Assembly (NCBI GenBank): GCA_963711835.1
Contig: CAVQFQ010000018.1
Span: 17,682-81,681 of the forward strand
DNA: 64,000 nucleotides
Source of the DNA: an uncultured delta proteobacterium
GTDB lineage: Bacteria; Desulfobacterota; RBG-13-43-22
Direction: 5' to 3'
The notes under the pieces are model-generated. The model was not told the DNA's origin. It saw nothing but the letters and a program-made list of their open reading frames with translations, and searched no databases. A program made the translations under genes and the position numbers. Shown here piece after piece: positions 9,003 to 18,164 of this stretch (the first letter of the stretch is position 1; each line of letters starts with the position of its first letter).

Positions 9003-10203
9003 CGCCGCGATTGTGGTGACCGGTATAGGGGTTATCTCTTCCTTGGGGATCGGCCGGGAGGTCTTCTGGAAACAGTTTCTGGAAGGGCGGACCGGCATCA
9101 GACCTTTGACGGAAATTTCGCCTTTGGAATCCCCTATAGACTTCGGCGGAGAGGTGCCGGGATTCAAGCCCAAGGAATATCTCTCCCCTTTGGTTTATCG
9201 CAAGATGGGCCGGACCTCCCGTCTATCCGTGGCCGCCAGCATAGAGGCCCTTAGTGATGCCGGATTAACCATCAATGAGGCTGGTCAGGACCGGATCGGG
9301 GTGGTCATGGGAACGGGCTATGGAAATTCAGGACTGACCGACGATTTTTTTTTAAGTTTCATGGAAGGGGGCGCCCAGGGAGCAAATCCCCTCCTTTTTG
9401 CCGACACCGTCCCCAACACGGCCGCCAGCCACATCAGTTTATATCATAAACTTCGGGGTCCTTTGACGACCTTTTGCCAGAATTTGATTTCCTCTGAACT
9501 GGCCCTGGCTTATGCCTGCCAGGTTCTCGATTCCGGCCAGGCCGAAGCCATGCTGGTGGGCGGGGCGGATGAGCTCTCTCCGATTCTCCTTCATGCCTTT
9601 TCCGTCTTTAAAGCCTTGAACCCATCCCCAAACCCGATCCTTGGTAAAGGGATCATTCTGGGAGAAGGGGCCTGTATATTAGTCCTGGAGCGGGCCGAAA
9701 AGGCCCTGGCCCGGGGGGCCCGGATTTATGGGGAGATCAGGAATTGTGTTTTAAACAGCGGGGTAACTCAACCGGTCCAGTTTGAAGGAGAGGGTAACGA
9801 AATGAAAAAGGCGGTTTCACGTTGCCTCAGCCCTGAAAATGAACCGGAAGCAGTGGAGTTGATCGGGCTTTCGGCCAATTTTTCTAAGGACCTGGACCGC
9901 CTGGAATATGCCGTCCTCAAAGAGGTCTTTGGGGCTAAACTCTCTCAAATAGCCTTATCCCCATTAAAATATTTCAGCGGAGAATTTGCCGGCATGGGCA
10001 CCTTGAGACTGGCGGCCCTGCTTCTGGCTATGAGGGATCAGGTCCTTCCCCCCAGCGTCAACCCTTCCGAATTAGTGCCTGGTAAGCCTTGGGACCGGGC
10101 CTTTATTCCCGCCAGGTCGGGACCGGTAACCCAGGCCCTATTAACCGGGTTTTCCTTTGGGGGAGGAAATGCCTGTCTCTTAGTGAAGAAACCGACCTAT
10201 TAA
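8995..10203 (+). CDS. Catalytically inactive KS paralog (chain-length-factor-like)
   Basis: KS fold (VVTGIG, LGEGA, FSFGG), but TACSS is replaced by QNLISS and both His motifs are lost; ATG overlaps the KS stop. Confidence 0.85.
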   Translation: MHNAAIVVTGIGVISSLGIGREVFWKQFLEGRTGIRPLTEISPLESPIDFGGEVPGFKPKEYLSPLVYRKMGRTSRLSVAASIEALSDAGLTINEAGQDRIGVVMGTGYGNSGLTDDFFLSFMEGGAQGANPLLFADTVPNTAASHISLYHKLRGPLTTFCQNLISSELALAYACQVLDSGQAEAMLVGGADELSPILLHAFSVFKALNPSPNPILGKGIILGEGACILVLERAEKALARGARIYGEIRNCVLNSGVTQPVQFEGEGNEMKKAVSRCLSPENEPEAVELIGLSANFSKDLDRLEYAVLKEVFGAKLSQIALSPLKYFSGEFAGMGTLRLAALLLAMRDQVLPPSVNPSELVPGKPWDRAFIPARSGPVTQALLTGFSFGGGNACLLVKKPTY

Positions 10204-10303
10204 ACCCTGCCCTAAAATTCCGTTTTGTAGCCTCAGCCTTGGCCAAAAGTAACCCTACTGGACCTGGCGAGTCCGCGTGCTCCATCCCAGGAAGAAGGGG
10301 AGG

Positions 10304-11644
10304 CTAAAAAAATTCCGGGCTGTCGGCCCGCTGTTTTTCTGTTTTGCCTTTTTCCAGATCAACACGGGTGAGGAGAAGAAGACCCAAGGCAAAAAGTACG
10401 GCTAAGGAGAGAATCCCCCAGCGCAGACTGCCGGTCATTTGGAGGGTCATCCCATAAATAAGGGGTCCGAAAATGGCCGAAAATTTCCCGATGACCCCGA
10501 AAAAGCCGAAGAATTCAGCACTGGCGGAGAGCGGTGTCAACTGACCCTGGAGTGCCCGGGAAGAGGCCTGGGTGCCTCCCAAGACCATCCCGGCCAGAAA
10601 TCCCAGGAACCAGTATTCCTTCTTAAGATCCCCTAAAACCCCCAAGAAAAAAGCCCAGATGGTGATGACGATCCAGATAACCAGGGTTATGAGAATGGCT
10701 TTTTTGTTCCCCCAGGCATCAGCCAGGCGCCCGACTAAAAGGGACCCCAGGAAGGCGGTGGCCTGGATGAAGAGGAAAAAAAAGATAAGCTCCTGTTCCT
10801 TAAAGCCCACGATCTCCACCCCATAGATGGAGGCCATAATAATGACGGTCTCCACCCCTTCATTGTAACAGAGATAAGCCAGAAAGAAGCGGAGAAGTTG
10901 ACGGAAGTTTCGGATCTTTTTCAGGGTCTGAAAAATCCGGTGAAATCCGATCCTGAAATAACCCGTCCCTTTACCCGGATGGATGTCCTGATGGGGCGGC
11001 CGCTCCTTAAGCCAGGTCAGGGTGGGGATGGCAAAGAGGGCCCACCAGAGGGCCACCGAGAGAAAACAATCCTGGACCGTAAAATAGCCTTTGGGAAATC
11101 CCAGCACCTGGGGATACTGGAGCATGATCAAATTAAGCACCAGAAGGAGCCCGCCGCCCAGGTAGCCGACGGCCCAGCCGAGTCCGGATACCCAACCCAG
11201 GTGCTCTTCCGGGCAGATCTCCGGGAGAAAGGAGTTATAAAAGACATTTCCGGCTGCAAAACCGATATTGGCCAGGATGAAGAACAGGGCGGCCCGAAGA
11301 TAGGTCCCCTCTCCTACAAAGTACAAGCATCCGGTGGCCATGACCCCCAAGGACCAGAAAAAAATGAGCATCTTTTTTTTAGCCCCGGAATAATCGGCTA
11401 TGGCCCCTAAAACCGGGGCCAGAAAGGCAGATAGGGCCAGGCTGATGGAAACGGTAAAAGTAAACAAAGAGGCCCCGTGGAGATGGAAACCCCAGATGAC
11501 CACCCCTTTTTCTCCACCGGCAATTTTCAAGGCGAAGTACTGGTTAAATATAACGGCCAGGATCGTGGTGGCAAAGGCCGAATTGGCGAAATCATAAAGG
11601 GCCCAACTGTAAATCTCTTTTCGATTATAAGAAGGGGCGGTCAT
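10304..11644 (-). CDS. MFS transporter, UMF1/Atg22-like
   Basis: SWALYDFANSAF, FYNSFLPEI, SGLGWAVGYLGG; multiple hydrophobic helices. Confidence 0.9.
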   Translation of the reverse strand: MTAPSYNRKEIYSWALYDFANSAFATTILAVIFNQYFALKIAGGEKGVVIWGFHLHGASLFTFTVSISLALSAFLAPVLGAIADYSGAKKKMLIFFWSLGVMATGCLYFVGEGTYLRAALFFILANIGFAAGNVFYNSFLPEICPEEHLGWVSGLGWAVGYLGGGLLLVLNLIMLQYPQVLGFPKGYFTVQDCFLSVALWWALFAIPTLTWLKERPPHQDIHPGKGTGYFRIGFHRIFQTLKKIRNFRQLLRFFLAYLCYNEGVETVIIMASIYGVEIVGFKEQELIFFFLFIQATAFLGSLLVGRLADAWGNKKAILITLVIWIVITIWAFFLGVLGDLKKEYWFLGFLAGMVLGGTQASSRALQGQLTPLSASAEFFGFFGVIGKFSAIFGPLIYGMTLQMTGSLRWGILSLAVLFALGLLLLTRVDLEKGKTEKQRADSPEFF

Positions 11645-11671
11645 GAGAATAATTCCATCGCTCTTAATTCC

Positions 11672-11945
11672 GGAAATTTATCTCTAACTTTTCAATATCA
11701 GGTGGTGGGGAGTCTTATTTTTTGAATTGTCCAAAGGGTAACTAGAGCCCCTAATCCGGCCCGAATAACTAAGTTTATGTTAGAACAGGGCATTCACCAA
11801 CACTTATTTCCAGCTTGGGTGTAGGCCTGCTGATGAAATAGGGTTCGCATTTTGGCCCGGCAAAGAAGCTTATGGCTTTGGGGTGGACAACTCAAAAAAT
11901 AAGACCCACCACCACCATTTCTTCAGGACTTTAGAAAAAATTTCC
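11672..11945. mobile_element. Nested MITE-like element, family A copy 1
   Basis: Inner imperfect TIR ggtggtggggagtcttattttttgaattgtcca (11701) / tggacaactcaaaaaataagacccaccaccacc (to 11916); outer ggaaattt..ctaa / ttagaaaaaatttcc; reverse-complement similar to 21753-22004. Confidence 0.75.
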
Positions 11946-11964
11946 AATATCTTTGGTCAGTCTT

Positions 11965-12132
11965 TAACAGGATGCGGAAAAACTCATTTTTACAGGTTGT
12001 TCAAAAAGGTCCAGATACAAGGCGCCCGAATTCCCGAGGAATGAGGCGTACATAAAAGTACGTCGCAATGACCAGGGATGAGGGTAATCCCGCGAAGCGC
12101 GGGATAGATGGGCCTTTTTCAGCAACCTGTTA
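11965..12132. mobile_element. MITE-like element with (a)caggttgttcaaaaa termini
   Basis: TIR acaggttgttcaaaaaggtcca / tgggcctttttcagcaacctgt; second left end taacaggatgcggaaaaa; internal palindrome atcccgcg-aag-cgcgggat. Confidence 0.7.
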
Positions 12133-13890
12133 ATTAAAAAGAGACATCTGTTTCTTTTTGGGGTGCGCAGACGGTTTTTTCCCTGCCGAACTGACCTGAG
12201 ATTTAAGTTCCGCTTCAATATCCTCCAGGAAAGGGGAGGGTGATTGGGACAGGTATTGCCCGAATAGGTTTCGTTTTCGGGCCCAGGTGAGAACAAGCTT
12301 ATCCTGAGCCCGGGTCAGACCCACATAGAAAAGACGCCGCTCTTCTTCCGGATCCGATTCTTTTAACAAGCTAAGGGGCAAGAGATTGGCTTCGCAGCCG
12401 GCAATGATGACAAAAGGGAACTCGAGCCCTTTGGCGGCGTGTAGGGTTAACAGGCTGACTTTCTCCTGATCCGGTTCATAGGTATCCAAACCGGTTTGTA
12501 CGGAAAGGAGGTCCAGAAATTCTCCCAGGGTTCCTTTAAAAGCGGCCGCCCAGGACAGGAGTTTTTTCAAGGCATCGGCTCCTTCCAAAGAGATTGCTTT
12601 CGGGTCCATAACCCCCCGGGAGAATAGTTCATTCAGGGCAGGCGCAGGAGGAATCTCCAAGGGATGGGAGCGTTTCAGGTAAGTCAGGCAGGTTCGGACC
12701 TCAGGCCGTTCAGCCCAATGTATTTCCTGAACCCTTTGAAAAGGGATCCCTTTTTTCATAAAGGCCCGGGCCAGGCCTTCCCCCTGGGCATGAAGGCGGT
12801 AAAGGACGGCAAAATCGGAAAAACTCCGGGTCAATATATCTCTGGCATAAGACCGCTCCCCCTGGTCCAGGAAGGTAAGTCCACCCATTTCTTTTTCAAT
12901 GAGCCGAGTTACTTCCTCTCCTTCCTCCTCTTCCGAAGCAGTGACCAGGACCGGAATAACGCCTTCCCCGCCCTTTTGAGATCGGAGTTTGATTGGGGAG
13001 GGCTGGATTGAACCCTGAATGACCTGGATGGAAGCCTTGAGAACGGTCGGGTTGAGGCGAAAGGTTTCTTCCAACCGGATTTCAGCAAGGGAAGGAGTTT
13101 CCTGTTTGAGTCGGGAGAAAAAATCCGCACTGGCCCCGCGGAAACCGTAGATGGCCTGATTCGGATCACCGATGATCATCCATTCTTCATCTAATCGGGT
13201 CAGGCGTTTAAAAAGATCAAACTGAATTAAATTGATATCCTGAAATTCATCGACCAGGACAAAAGGGTATCGCTGCCGGGTGTCGGTTTGAAGCTGGGGG
13301 TTGTCCTCAAGAAGGGCCAGGGCCTGGAGAATCAGTTCGTCGAAATCCCAATAGTTGTTATGGGATAATTTATCCTGGTAGGCCTGATAGAGGCCGGGCC
13401 AGGCCGGGTAGGTCTCCCATTCCGGCAAGTGAGAGGAGTTAGCGGCAGGGATCCGGTTGTTTTTGGCGGCCGAGATACGCCTGGATAGCTCCTTGAATTG
13501 GGGGGCGGGGAATCGGGGATCCTTTTCCCGAACCGCTTCTTTCAGCACCGCCAGGGCCTCGGTCTCGGAAAGCAGTTGGCTGGGTGTGGCCAGGTTTTCA
13601 TGTAAAAACCGAAAACAGAATCCATGAAAAGTGGTCACCCGGGGTAGGTGCGACGGTTGGGTCTGGACCACCAGTCCTTCAATCCGGGTCCGGATTTCAT
13701 CGGCGGCTTTGTTGGTAAAGGTGATACCCAAGATCTGGTCGGGTCGAGCGATCCGGGCTTCAAGGAGATGAGCGATCCGAAAAGTCAGGGTGCGCGTTTT
13801 GCCGGTTCCCGGCCCGGCTACCACCATGAGCGGCCCGCCCCGGTGCCTGACCGCCTTTTGTTGGGCCGGTGTTAAGGAAGAAAGGTCCAT
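12130..13890 (-). CDS. UvrD/Rep/PcrA superfamily 1 helicase (short form)
   Basis: AGPGTGKT, VDEFQD, IGDPNQAIYGFRGA, TLHAAKGLEF, EERRLFYVGLTRA; C-terminal KQMSLF (clamp-binding-like). Confidence 0.93.
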   Translation of the reverse strand: MDLSSLTPAQQKAVRHRGGPLMVVAGPGTGKTRTLTFRIAHLLEARIARPDQILGITFTNKAADEIRTRIEGLVVQTQPSHLPRVTTFHGFCFRFLHENLATPSQLLSETEALAVLKEAVREKDPRFPAPQFKELSRRISAAKNNRIPAANSSHLPEWETYPAWPGLYQAYQDKLSHNNYWDFDELILQALALLEDNPQLQTDTRQRYPFVLVDEFQDINLIQFDLFKRLTRLDEEWMIIGDPNQAIYGFRGASADFFSRLKQETPSLAEIRLEETFRLNPTVLKASIQVIQGSIQPSPIKLRSQKGGEGVIPVLVTASEEEEGEEVTRLIEKEMGGLTFLDQGERSYARDILTRSFSDFAVLYRLHAQGEGLARAFMKKGIPFQRVQEIHWAERPEVRTCLTYLKRSHPLEIPPAPALNELFSRGVMDPKAISLEGADALKKLLSWAAAFKGTLGEFLDLLSVQTGLDTYEPDQEKVSLLTLHAAKGLEFPFVIIAGCEANLLPLSLLKESDPEEERRLFYVGLTRAQDKLVLTWARKRNLFGQYLSQSPSPFLEDIEAELKSQVSSAGKKPSAHPKKKQMSLFN

Positions 13891-13995
13891 AGCGCCTTCC
13901 TTTGTATAACAATCCTGTAATCAACCTCAAGGGAAATGATTCTGAGGTAAAAATAAAGATTTTAGACCCCAGGCTATATCGAAAAACATTAAAAT

Positions 13996-14038
13996 CTTGA
14001 CAAGAAAGTAAGAAAAATTTATTTTCTTGTTTGTCAAG
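13996..14038 (+). promoter_or_regulatory. Promoter/operator of the TA operon (nested inverted repeats over a TTGACA -35)
   Basis: cttgacaa...aagaaaa-attta-ttttctt...ttgtcaag immediately upstream of the antitoxin RBS. Confidence 0.6.
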
Positions 14039-14049
14039 GAGGGAGAACA

Positions 14050-14322
14050 ATGAAAGCAGCAACCGTATCCCAAAAGGGACAAATAGCCATTCCCAAAGAA
14101 ATCAGGGAAAAGCTTCGAATAAAAAGCGGCGACAAACTGGTTTTTAAAATCATTAAAGGGAAGATCACCCTGGAGCCGACGATCACCATTCCAAGGTCTC
14201 AGGCCTGGTTTTGGACCGATGAAGTTCAACAGAAAATAAAAAAAGTGGAAAAAAACTACCAGGCCGGTAATTTCACCCAATATGATGACCTCAACGATCT
14301 TAACAAGGATCTCAGCGAGTGA
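14050..14322 (+). CDS. AbrB/MazE-type antitoxin
   Basis: VSQKGQIAIPKEIREKLRIKSGDKL (AbrB fold), SQAWFWT C-terminal motif. Confidence 0.9.
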   Translation: MKAATVSQKGQIAIPKEIREKLRIKSGDKLVFKIIKGKITLEPTITIPRSQAWFWTDEVQQKIKKVEKNYQAGNFTQYDDLNDLNKDLSE

Positions 14323-14582
14323 TCCCGAACGTAATTACCATAGACCCTGAGTTTTTCTCCCAATACGAGGCCCTTCCTAAAACCGTCAGGAAAAAATTTA
14401 AAAAGCAATTGGCCTTCTTAAAAGACAACCCCAAGCACAGGTCCTTGCAAATTCACAAAATGGAAGGAACGGATTATTGGGAGTTTTATGTGGATAAAGG
14501 CTATCGGTGCATTTTCAAAAGAGAAGGCCATATGATTAGGCTGCTTTTTGTAGGCACCCATGAGTTGATCGACAGATTTTGA
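14319..14582 (+). CDS. RelE/ParE-family toxin
   Basis: 87 aa, NPKHRSLQIHKMEG..WEFYVDKGYR...VGTH; GTGA overlap with the antitoxin. Confidence 0.82.
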   Translation: MIPNVITIDPEFFSQYEALPKTVRKKFKKQLAFLKDNPKHRSLQIHKMEGTDYWEFYVDKGYRCIFKREGHMIRLLFVGTHELIDRF

Positions 14583-14730
14583 ATTATTTTCCCACCCTTA
14601 TTATTGAAAATATACTTTACGTTTAGATGCCTAGAAGTAACATATGGTTATCATGGTAAAACGACCTTTTTGGATTCATCTTGGGATAATACAGTAGTGT
14701 TATCCCGAATGATCGGAGGAAAGGGGTTAC

Positions 14731-15012
14731 ATGGCACAAATCGAGAGACAGCAGACGGTTCTTGACATCCTCTGGAAACTTGCGGGATCTGGTCGGCCTT
14801 AAAAGGCTTTTCTGGGAGGAACTTGAACTACGAGCGCGAAAACAAACCGCTCAGTATGCGCGGCTGGCCGGATATCGCCCGCAAGGCGCTGGTAGATGAC
14901 CCCACCCTGTTTGCCAGCGGCGGGGAGGATTGACCTGATGGTCTATGAGCTTTATGGGCTAACGGAGGAGGAGATTGCTGTGGAAGGCGTGGCGGGTAAG
15001 GAGGGGAAATGA
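14731..15012 (+). pseudogene. Deletion remnant of a type IIG restriction-modification gene
   Basis: Frameshifted N-terminus (..LKRLFWEE-LNYERENKPLSMRGWP..) joined directly to IDLMVYELYGLTEEEIAVEG, the typical C-terminus of Eco57I/TaqI-C-like enzymes. Confidence 0.65.
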
Positions 15013-15049
15013 GCAGGGGTGCGTCTATTGGCAATAGCCGTGGAGGCGA

Positions 15050-15980
15050 TTCTCTCTCCGGCAACACAAGGTCACCGGGAGTGAATGTGGTCAGTGTCCC
15101 GGCGACCTTGAGTCGCCGGACGCAAAATGTCGGTGCAGATACAAGGTCATCAGGATCCCTATACACTGCCCACAATCTCAAGCCGGCTTTCGCTCTCCAC
15201 TACGACTGGACCGGCTGGCCGACCGCCGGCACGACGTCTGCCCGCACAGATGCGCCGCTGTAGCGCGCGAAACCGCGTCCTTATGGGAAAAGGACGGCCT
15301 GCGCCTGCTTGAACCTCACGCCACGGCTGAAAAGGTGCAGATTCTTTTCAGCGTCACCCCGCAGGTGAGCCCTACGTTCTTCTGCCAGCGCGTCAAAGGG
15401 CGGCTGCAGCATGCGCTCCGCAAGTTCGGCACGCCGGTGGATTTCAGCCGCAAGGTGTCGTTCCGCAGTCTCGGCGAGAACACCTCCGACGTGGTCGAAA
15501 ACTATATCCGCGGCCAGGTCGGCAAGGGCGACTTCGCCGACCCGCGTTTTCGAGAGATCATGCGCCAGTTCACGATTGTCTCCGATGATGTGCGGCTGGC
15601 CGAGCCGTCGGAGTCCAACAGCGGGCGGTACTGGTACGACCTGCATCTCGTGCTGGTGGTGGCGGATCGTTTCAGGATCACCGCCCCCGAGCAGCTCGGA
15701 CGGATTCGCGACGCGGCTTTGGCCGTGGCGGCGGAGGGCGGCCACCGGATCGCGGCTTTGTCGGTGATGCCGGACCATGTCCATATGGCGTTGCGCGGGA
15801 ATATCGAGCGGTCGCCGGAAGAGATTGCGTTGGCGTTTCAGAATGGGCTGGCGCGGGCCGCGGGGTGCCGGGTCTGGCAGGATGGGTTCTACGTGGGAAC
15901 GTTCAGTGAGTATGATTTGGAGGTCATTCGTCGCATTGCCAGGCAGTCGTGATCTCCTGCCGGACAAGCCGGCAGGAGGA
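15050..15980 (+). mobile_element. IS200/IS605-like (Y1 HUH) element with tandem-domain transposase, 5' part frameshifted
   Basis: ORF 15335-15952 contains ENYIRGQ, YDLHLVLV, MPDHVHM and WQDGFY; upstream frame has YTAHNLKPAFALHYDWTGWP; visibly higher GC; flanking hairpins at 15099-15119 and 15954-15978. Confidence 0.8.
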
Positions 15981-16034
15981 TAACCCCAGCGAGCTTGTCC
16001 GACCGAGAGGTCAGGCCTTCCGATTAAATGGCTG

Positions 16035-16063
16035 AAAAAAAAGGCCAGGGGTTAGCCTGGCCT
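16035..16063 (-). terminator. Rho-independent terminator of the ferredoxin gene
   Basis: aggccagg/cctggcct stem followed by a T-run on the minus strand. Confidence 0.75.
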
Positions 16064-16088
16064 GTCAAAAATCCGAGAAAAAAATGAG

Positions 16089-16274
16089 TTAAATCTCTTT
16101 TACTGTAATGGCACCGGATTCACAAACCTCAACACAACTTTCGCAGCCAAGGCACTCATCCATATTAACCGGGACGGCCTTATTGTCCTGGAGTTCGAAA
16201 ACACTCACCGGACAGGTGTCCACGCAATTGGAATCCCCGGTGCATTTGTCGGCATCAACCGTAACCTCAAACAT
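16089..16274 (-). CDS. Dicluster ferredoxin with Cys->Asp ligand (7Fe/8Fe type)
   Basis: CTGDSNCVDTCP and CLGCESCVEVC; strong AGGAGG RBS. Confidence 0.92.
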   Translation of the reverse strand: MFEVTVDADKCTGDSNCVDTCPVSVFELQDNKAVPVNMDECLGCESCVEVCESGAITVKEI

Positions 16275-16644
16275 TGAACATACCTCCTTGCTCTTTTATA
16301 ATTTTTTCCCCTAAATTCAGGGTGTTAATTCGATCCTGGTTAAACCCCCTGAGGGTTTCTCAGGCCGATGACCTAAGATTAAGGGGGGAGGTTAGATTAT
16401 TTTTTTCCAAAGGTCAATCAAATTTTTAGGGCCGCCTCTCAGGATAATCTTCAGTAAATAAATTGATAATAAATTAAATAGGTTATGGAAATAGAGGAAG
16501 ATTTTCTTTCTTCCGGGGAACCCGCCTCGGGCAGGATAATGAAAAAAAAGAAGGACCGGGAGATCCCGGTCAAAAAGATTGACCTTAGGGGGTGTTATGA
16601 TAAACTTCTTCTTAAAACACCGTAAGACGTGAGGAGAATCCCTT

Positions 16645-17379
16645 ATGCTAAATGACCTGGACCTGATCCGCTATGACCGGCAAATGATGCTTAAGGACTT
16701 TGGACCGGCCGGTCAGGAGAAGTTGAAAAAAAGCCGGGTCTTAATCGCCGGAGCCGGAGGGCTGGGGTCGGCCGCCGGGTTTTATCTGGCCGCTGCCGGC
16801 GTCGGGGCCTTGCGCCTGGTGGATCGGGATAAAGTCGAACTCAGCAACCTGAACAGGCAAATCCTCCACTGGAATGCAGACCTGGGCAGACCCAAGGTGG
16901 AATCAGCCCGGGAAAAACTGCTGCATTTCAATCCCGGGACTGCGGTAGAAATTTATCAGGAAGAAATAAATGAAAAAACCTTTCCGGATTTAATAGCCGG
17001 CTGTGATTTGATTATAGATGGGCTGGACAATTTTCCGACCCGTTATCTGATCAATGAAAAAATTCAGGAGCGGGGCGTCCCCTTTGTCTATGGGGGGATT
17101 CTGGGCTTCATGGGCATGGCCACCTTTATCCAACCCGGACAAACCCCCTGCCTGCAATGTCTTTTTCCCCAGGCTCCCCCGCCTCAGAAATTTCCGGTTC
17201 TGGGAACCACTCCGGGAATCATTGGTCTGATCGAGGCCAATGAAGCGATCAAGTATCTTTTGGGGCTGGGAAGACTCCTGTCCGGCAGACTCCTTATTTA
17301 CAATGGCTTGGAAATGCATTTCTCCGAGGTAGTGATAGAACGGAACCGGGATTGTTTGACCTGCGGCCGGCCAGAATAG
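16645..17379 (+). CDS. ThiF/MoeB/HesA family adenylyltransferase
   Basis: RYDRQ, GAGGLG, VELSNLNRQ, PCLQC, CLTC. Confidence 0.93.
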   Translation: MLNDLDLIRYDRQMMLKDFGPAGQEKLKKSRVLIAGAGGLGSAAGFYLAAAGVGALRLVDRDKVELSNLNRQILHWNADLGRPKVESAREKLLHFNPGTAVEIYQEEINEKTFPDLIAGCDLIIDGLDNFPTRYLINEKIQERGVPFVYGGILGFMGMATFIQPGQTPCLQCLFPQAPPPQKFPVLGTTPGIIGLIEANEAIKYLLGLGRLLSGRLLIYNGLEMHFSEVVIERNRDCLTCGRPE

Positions 17380-17466
17380 TTCATTGACTAAAATAAAATA
17401 TCGCTATACTATCCAGAGCCATTTAAGGTAAGAAATCATAATTTCATAAGAAGGCTTTGGCGGCTG

Positions 17467-18153
17467 ATGATCGATAACTTGAGACAGAACCCGCTCTTTC
17501 GCGGACTGGAAGAAGCCGAATTGGAAAAAATTAGAGGCATTGCCTCGGTCCATTCTTTCAGGAAGGGAACTTCCCTTTTTTCACAAGGAGAGGCGGCCAG
17601 CGGACTCTATCTGGTCATCAGCGGGCGAGTAAAAATTTATCGCCTTTCCCCACAAGGCCAGGAGTATGTCATGCGTATCGTCGGACCCGGAGAAACCATA
17701 GCCGAGGCGGCCGTATTTTCCGGGCAGACCTATCCGGCTTCAGCCGAGGTCTTGGAAGAATCCTCCTTGACCTATCTAAGGAAGTCCGATTTCCTGCTGC
17801 TCATCAAGGAAAGCCCCCAACTGGCCCTCAATATGATAACCGGCTTGTCCCAGCTCTTAAGGCAGCTGGCCCGGCAGGTGGAAGATCTTTCCTTAAAGGA
17901 GGTCTCGGCCCGATTAGCCCGATTTTTAATCGAGGAAGCAACCCGAATATCTCCTGCGCCGGACCAGGGTTTAAGAATTTCACTTGAAATCAAGAAAAAT
18001 CTTTTAGCCGGCCGGTTGGGGACCATCGGGGAAACGCTTTCCCGGACCCTGGCCAAAATGAAACAGAAAGGCCTGATCGAAATGTCCGGGAATATGATCA
18101 CGATCCTGGATCTTGAATCGTTAAAGGAAATTGCCGAAGGTTCAAAATTATAG
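17467..18153 (+). CDS. Crp/Fnr family transcriptional regulator (HcpR/Dnr-like)
   Basis: cNMP-type beta-barrel plus HTH GTIGETLSR; no N-terminal Fnr cysteines. Confidence 0.9.
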   Translation: MIDNLRQNPLFRGLEEAELEKIRGIASVHSFRKGTSLFSQGEAASGLYLVISGRVKIYRLSPQGQEYVMRIVGPGETIAEAAVFSGQTYPASAEVLEESSLTYLRKSDFLLLIKESPQLALNMITGLSQLLRQLARQVEDLSLKEVSARLARFLIEEATRISPAPDQGLRISLEIKKNLLAGRLGTIGETLSRTLAKMKQKGLIEMSGNMITILDLESLKEIAEGSKL

Positions 18154-18164
18154 GGAGAACCATT

